Shown: piece after piece, positions 28,513-32,000 of the stretch
Numbering within the stretch: position 1 is the stretch's first letter
How the letters are laid out: each line of letters starts with the position of its first letter
Assembly (NCBI RefSeq): GCF_022701215.1
Contig: NZ_CP089976.1
Location: 1,650,001-1,682,000 of the forward strand
Direction: 5' to 3'
Origin: Moraxella nasovis
Lineage (GTDB): Bacteria > Pseudomonadota > Gammaproteobacteria > Pseudomonadales > Moraxellaceae
Length of the DNA stretch: 32,000 bases
The notes under the pieces: generated by a model
What the model was told of the DNA's origin: nothing
Database searches by the model: none
Seen by the model: the letters and a program-made list of their open reading frames with translations, nothing else
Program-made: the position numbers and the translations under genes

Positions 28513-29295
28513 ATGAGCGATGATCGCGCGGTTAATGTGACCGTATTGGAGAAATCAACGATTACACCCACACTGTTTCGCTTTAAAACAAGCCGGCCTG
28601 ATGGCTTTCGTTTTCAGGCAGGTCAATTTGTTCGTTTAGGCATTGATGACTCCCACCAGTCGGGCGAGCGGATTTTTCGTGCCTATTCAGTGGTATCATC
28701 GCCTTATGATGAGTTCTTAGAATTCTTTTCGGTGGTAGTGCCTGATGGTGCGTTCACCAGTCAATTACAACATTTGGCTGTGGGTGATACGCTGTATCTT
28801 AATCCAGAATCTTTTGGCTTTTTGACACTTGCTCGCTATCAAGAGCCTACCCCGCAAGATTTGTGGCTACTTGCCACAGGCACAGGGCTTGCTCCGTTTT
28901 TATCAATCTTGCAAGAACTCACTGCATGGGAGAATTATTCGCACATTATCTTAGCGTATAGTGTACGCACGCATGCAGAACTGGCTTATTTAGATAAAAT
29001 TGCTCATTTGTCTGATAAATTTGGCAGTCTGGTGGAAAGTCCTGCAAGGCTTAGTTTTATCCCCATTGTAACTCGTGAAACTGCTGATGGGTGTTTAAGT
29101 GAACGTTTACCGACTTTAATTACGTCAGGTAAACTTGAAAAGCAAGCAGGATGCTCACTTAACCCTAATTCATCTCACGTTATGCTATGCGGTAATCCAC
29201 AGATGGTCGATGACACCAAAGAAGCGCTAAAAGCACAGGGTCTCACCATGAATCGCCGTGGTGTGGGTAATATTGCAGTAGAAAATTACTGGTAA
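28513..29295 (+). CDS. fpr: Ferredoxin/flavodoxin-NADP(+) reductase
   Basis: Collinear with E. coli Fpr as I recall it (RAYSVVSSP FAD motif, LLATGTGLAPFLSIL, HVMLCGNPQMV, C-terminal ENYW). GGGGAGAG Shine-Dalgarno. Confidence 0.9.
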   Translation: MSDDRAVNVTVLEKSTITPTLFRFKTSRPDGFRFQAGQFVRLGIDDSHQSGERIFRAYSVVSSPYDEFLEFFSVVVPDGAFTSQLQHLAVGDTLYLNPESFGFLTLARYQEPTPQDLWLLATGTGLAPFLSILQELTAWENYSHIILAYSVRTHAELAYLDKIAHLSDKFGSLVESPARLSFIPIVTRETADGCLSERLPTLITSGKLEKQAGCSLNPNSSHVMLCGNPQMVDDTKEALKAQGLTMNRRGVGNIAVENYW

Positions 29296-30887
29296 TCGCC
29301 ACATAGGTTTAGCGTTTTATCAATACCGCCATCGTCAGACCAAATGCCTGCACACCCTAATAAGCTATGAAAGACATGATCGTGCGATACCTCTGTTTGG
29401 CTGGCTAAGGCTTGTTGTAGGTTGTGGTGAAATGCTCTACCGTGCGGCGTTTGACGATAGCTGTCTGATAGCCAAACCACAAATGGAATGTTAAATTGTT
29501 CTTTTGGAGCGGTATTCACAGGCTGACCATGAAAATAATAACCATGCTCTCCCAAGCTTTCGCCATGATCTGACACATAAATTAATACTGCTTTTTTGGT
29601 GGATAATGCGTCAATCAGCGTACCAAGCAGTTGGTCTACTGCCACCACAGAATTATCATAAGCATTAATCAGCTCTTGGTGTTGGCATTGTGCCACATCA
29701 GGGTTGGTGCAGTAGGGCGTAAATACTGCTTGCTCATTAGTAAAGCGATCAACATAAGTCTGATGAGAGCCTAGCGTGTGTAATATCAGCAGTTTTTTGC
29801 CTTGATGGTAATTTTCAATTGTCTTTTTGGCATACGGGATAAGTGAAATGTCCTTTGACCCTGTTGATTGCTCATTGACGATGGCATACTTAGTTTTTAG
29901 CGTGTCTGCGTGCAAATAGCGATAAAATCCCGTCAATGTTTGTAGTGCATAAATCTCGGTATCATAACCCATCTTAGCCATGACTTCACCAAATGAAGCG
30001 TGCGTAATGTTGCGATCGCCTTGGGTCTTAAGCATGGGCGATGCTAAGCAGTGAATGGAATTAATCGTTAAGGTGTCGCACGATGTCGCATGAGAAAAGC
30101 TGATCAGATGAGGCACTTTAGACAACAGTGGATTAGTTGGCTTATTATAGCCATTAATGGCAAAATGATCGCCACGTGTGCTTTCACCCAACACGAAGAC
30201 CACGAGTAAATCATCAACTTGGGATTGGTAATGGTATTGTGATGCTAAAGATTTAGCATTAGCGTAAGTCTGCTGAATCTTTTTTGAGGCACGCACTGCA
30301 CGATGCAAGTTATACTCAGCATCAACAGGTGAAAAATAACCTAAATCTTGGGTAAAGCGTTCATCACGAATGTGTCCTGCACTACGAAAGTGGTAGCCTT
30401 GCTGCCAAAAAAATGCAGCTATCATAGATAGGCAAATGAACACAGTAAAGGCGTATTGCTTAAGTAGCACCGATAAAGGCTGCGATCGAATATTTACTAA
30501 AATTATCCAAATACTTGGCAACACAGCAGTCAGTATAAACCAAAATATAAACAAAGGAGAAATCATCTCAGCGGTAAGATCTTGTTCACTGATCAACGCA
30601 CTAAGCATTAAATCTTCAGTGATGATAGTGCCGTAATTTTGCTTAGCAAAGATGGCAATAGAGCCGAGTGCTACATGTACGATAAGTAAGGATTTTAAGA
30701 TAAAACGATGAAATATTCCTAAGCTTAGCGTTAATATCAAAAGTGCCAAACTAACCCAAAGCGAGTGCAAGGCAGAAGAAAAAGACCAATGATGTAACTG
30801 ATTGAGTAAAAATATATAAGCAATGATGATTATGCTAAGTTGAACGCTGAAGATTGGAGTGGTTAATGTGGATAGCACTTTTTTCAT
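29286..30887 (-). CDS. Phosphoethanolamine transferase, EptA/LptA/MCR family (5-TM N-terminal domain plus sulfatase-type periplasmic domain)
   Basis: Catalytic-domain motifs align with EptA/MCR-1 (VVFVLGESTRGDH, SCDTLT with the nucleophile Thr, HTLGSHQTY, INAYDNS, YVSDHGESLGEHGYYFHG, APKEQ). I prefer the ATG at 30887; the track starts at a GTG at 30896. Confidence 0.85.
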   Translation of the reverse strand: MKKVLSTLTTPIFSVQLSIIIIAYIFLLNQLHHWSFSSALHSLWVSLALLILTLSLGIFHRFILKSLLIVHVALGSIAIFAKQNYGTIITEDLMLSALISEQDLTAEMISPLFIFWFILTAVLPSIWIILVNIRSQPLSVLLKQYAFTVFICLSMIAAFFWQQGYHFRSAGHIRDERFTQDLGYFSPVDAEYNLHRAVRASKKIQQTYANAKSLASQYHYQSQVDDLLVVFVLGESTRGDHFAINGYNKPTNPLLSKVPHLISFSHATSCDTLTINSIHCLASPMLKTQGDRNITHASFGEVMAKMGYDTEIYALQTLTGFYRYLHADTLKTKYAIVNEQSTGSKDISLIPYAKKTIENYHQGKKLLILHTLGSHQTYVDRFTNEQAVFTPYCTNPDVAQCQHQELINAYDNSVVAVDQLLGTLIDALSTKKAVLIYVSDHGESLGEHGYYFHGQPVNTAPKEQFNIPFVVWLSDSYRQTPHGRAFHHNLQQALASQTEVSHDHVFHSLLGCAGIWSDDGGIDKTLNLCGDYQ

Positions 30888-30984
30888 AACTGGCACGATA
30901 TTATAGTTGAATTGTTAAATGAATGTAGCAGTATATCAAATATTTAGTTATGATAGAACTTTATTTATGATGGTATGGTGGTTT

Positions 30985-31620
30985 ATGGTTGATCAACGTA
31001 CATCCGCTTTAATTGCTGTGGATATGCAAAACAGCTTTATTGGGGGTAATTTGGCGGTATTAGGTAGTGAGCTTATAATTGATACGGTTAATGAGCTGAT
31101 TGATGCGTTTGACAATGTCATTTTAACCCAAGATTATCATCCAGCTGATCATATTTGTTTTTATCAAAATCATGCTAATAAAAATGTTTTTGATGTCATT
31201 AACCTGCCTTATGGCAAGCAGATACTGTGGAATGCACACTGCGTTATTGGCACAGATGATGTTAATTTTCATCAAAACCTTTTGGTGGATAAGGCTCAAT
31301 TGATTGTCCGTAAAGGTTTTCATCGTCAGATTGACAGTTATTCGGCATTTTTAGAGGCAGATAGACGGACGAAGACAGGGCTTGCAGGCTATCTACAAGA
31401 ACGAGATATTAGCCATGTGTACGTTGTGGGGATTGCCACCGATTTTTGTGTGGCGTGGACGGCGATGGATGCTAGAACCTTTGGCTTTGATTGCACGGTA
31501 GTGATGGATGCCACAGCCAGTATTAATATAAATGGTTCGCTTAATCAAGCGATTAAGGCGATGAAAGAAAAAGGTGTGGCGTTTAGTCAATCGTCAGATA
31601 TTTTAAATAAAATCAATTAG
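30985..31620 (+). CDS. pncA: Nicotinamidase/pyrazinamidase (isochorismatase-like hydrolase)
   Basis: ALIAVDMQNSF, DYHPADH metal site, and VVGIATDFCV with the catalytic Cys. The ATG at 30985 gives a typical ~211-aa PncA. The track start at 30919 adds an implausible leader. Confidence 0.85.
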   Translation: MVDQRTSALIAVDMQNSFIGGNLAVLGSELIIDTVNELIDAFDNVILTQDYHPADHICFYQNHANKNVFDVINLPYGKQILWNAHCVIGTDDVNFHQNLLVDKAQLIVRKGFHRQIDSYSAFLEADRRTKTGLAGYLQERDISHVYVVGIATDFCVAWTAMDARTFGFDCTVVMDATASININGSLNQAIKAMKEKGVAFSQSSDILNKIN

Positions 31621-31656
31621 TTACAATATTTTTTATTATTTTATGACTAAAATCGC

Positions 31657-31684
31657 TTGCCAAATGATGAATTTAGGTTATAAT
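31657..31684 (+). promoter_or_regulatory. Sigma70-type promoter for tRNA-Leu (TTGCCA - 16 nt - TATAAT)
   Basis: -35 TTGCCA at 31657-31662 and a consensus -10 TATAAT at 31679-31684, about 40 nt upstream of the mature tRNA 5' end. Confidence 0.65.
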
Positions 31685-31723
31685 GCACTCCATCTAGTAG
31701 GCAAGCAAAGCTTGACAAGTCAC

Positions 31724-31808
31724 GGGGTCGTGGCGAAATTGGTAGACGCACTGGATTTAGGTTCCAGCGGGGCGACCTGTGAGAGTTCGAGTCTCTCCGA
31801 CCCCACCA
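31724..31808 (+). tRNA. tRNA-Leu (anticodon TAG), class II with long variable arm, CCA encoded
   Basis: I folded the cloverleaf by hand. Acceptor GGGGTCG/CGACCCC; D arm GCG...CGC; anticodon stem CTGGA/TCCAG with loop TTTAGGT; long variable arm; T arm GAGAG-TTCGAGT-CTCTC; discriminator A followed by CCA. Confidence 0.9.
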
Positions 31809-31818
31809 TATTTAAAAA

Positions 31819-31849
31819 ACCAATAACCATGGGGTTGTTGGTTTTTTTT
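31819..31849 (+). terminator. Rho-independent terminator after tRNA-Leu
   Basis: ACCAATAACC-ATGG-GGTTGTTGGT (one G-T pair) followed by a run of Ts. Confidence 0.8.
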
Positions 31850-31900
31850 ACATGATTTATCAATGAGCACGCCTGTTTGGGCGAATATCTTGGGAACTGT

Positions 31901-32000
31901 ATGCGACATTTTTTATTTGACATTATTTTTACTGCTGTATGTTTAGCCATCGCAGCATGGTGGGGCTATTCGCATGGCGGTATGTCTGCTATGTTTGTAG
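31901..32000 (+). CDS. Possible 5' end of a membrane protein gene (continues beyond the window)
   Basis: The ATG at 31901 opens a frame to the window edge: MRHFLFDIIFTAVCLAIAAWWGYSHGGMSAMFV, which is hydrophobic. It is too short to identify. Confidence 0.3.
   Translation, partial: MRHFLFDIIFTAVCLAIAAWWGYSHGGMSAMFV

Noticed and set aside
29286-30896. The phosphoethanolamine transferase as a mobile mcr cassette.
   Set aside because: No IS (for example ISApl1), pap2 gene or inverted repeats flank it. It is tightly packed between fpr and pncA, overlapping fpr, which looks like a resident chromosomal gene. By eye its similarity to MCR-1 is limited to the family motifs.
31643-31950. ORFs 31643-31855 (+) and 31720-31950 (-) overlapping the tRNA-Leu locus.
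   Set aside because: Both run through a well-folded tRNA gene and its terminator. The tRNA explains the sequence conservation, so there is no reason to call them coding.

Overview
This window looks like ordinary chromosomal core DNA from a gammaproteobacterium, probably Moraxellaceae (Moraxella/Psychrobacter-like). That assignment is my inference from gene content and the mid-40s %GC look, not a search result.

Layout:
- Left edge: the 3' part of an IS110-family transposase gene, sitting right next to the argG terminator.
- Housekeeping block: argG, a YkuD-type L,D-transpeptidase, a LysR regulator, ccoG plus a fixH-like gene, lolA, glmM and dusA.
- About 9.8 to 28.4 kb: a complete respiratory complex I (nuo) locus, nuoA-B-CD(fused)-E-F-G-H-I-J-K-L-M-N, all on the + strand.
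- Right side: fpr (ferredoxin-NADP reductase), a convergent EptA/MCR-family phosphoethanolamine transferase, pncA, a tRNA-Leu(TAG) with its own promoter and terminator, and the first ~33 codons of a membrane protein.

I see no CRISPR array, prophage, integrase, toxin-antitoxin pair or recognisable defence system.

The most unusual feature is that the nuo locus is not contiguous:
- nuoA and nuoB are separated by a 249-bp AT-rich repeat-bearing spacer that starts with a perfect terminator-like hairpin.
- Two AT-rich accessory ORFs lie between nuoB and nuoCD: an unknown membrane-anchored protein and a GFA/CENP-V-type Zn-Cys protein.
- A small 2-TM ORF, a TauE/SafE-type permease and a 318-bp repeat-rich spacer lie between nuoCD and nuoE.
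- Several Nuo subunits (A, F, G, K) carry extensions or insertions relative to E. coli.

None of these amounts to a demonstrably new system from sequence alone. They are the places I would look first.
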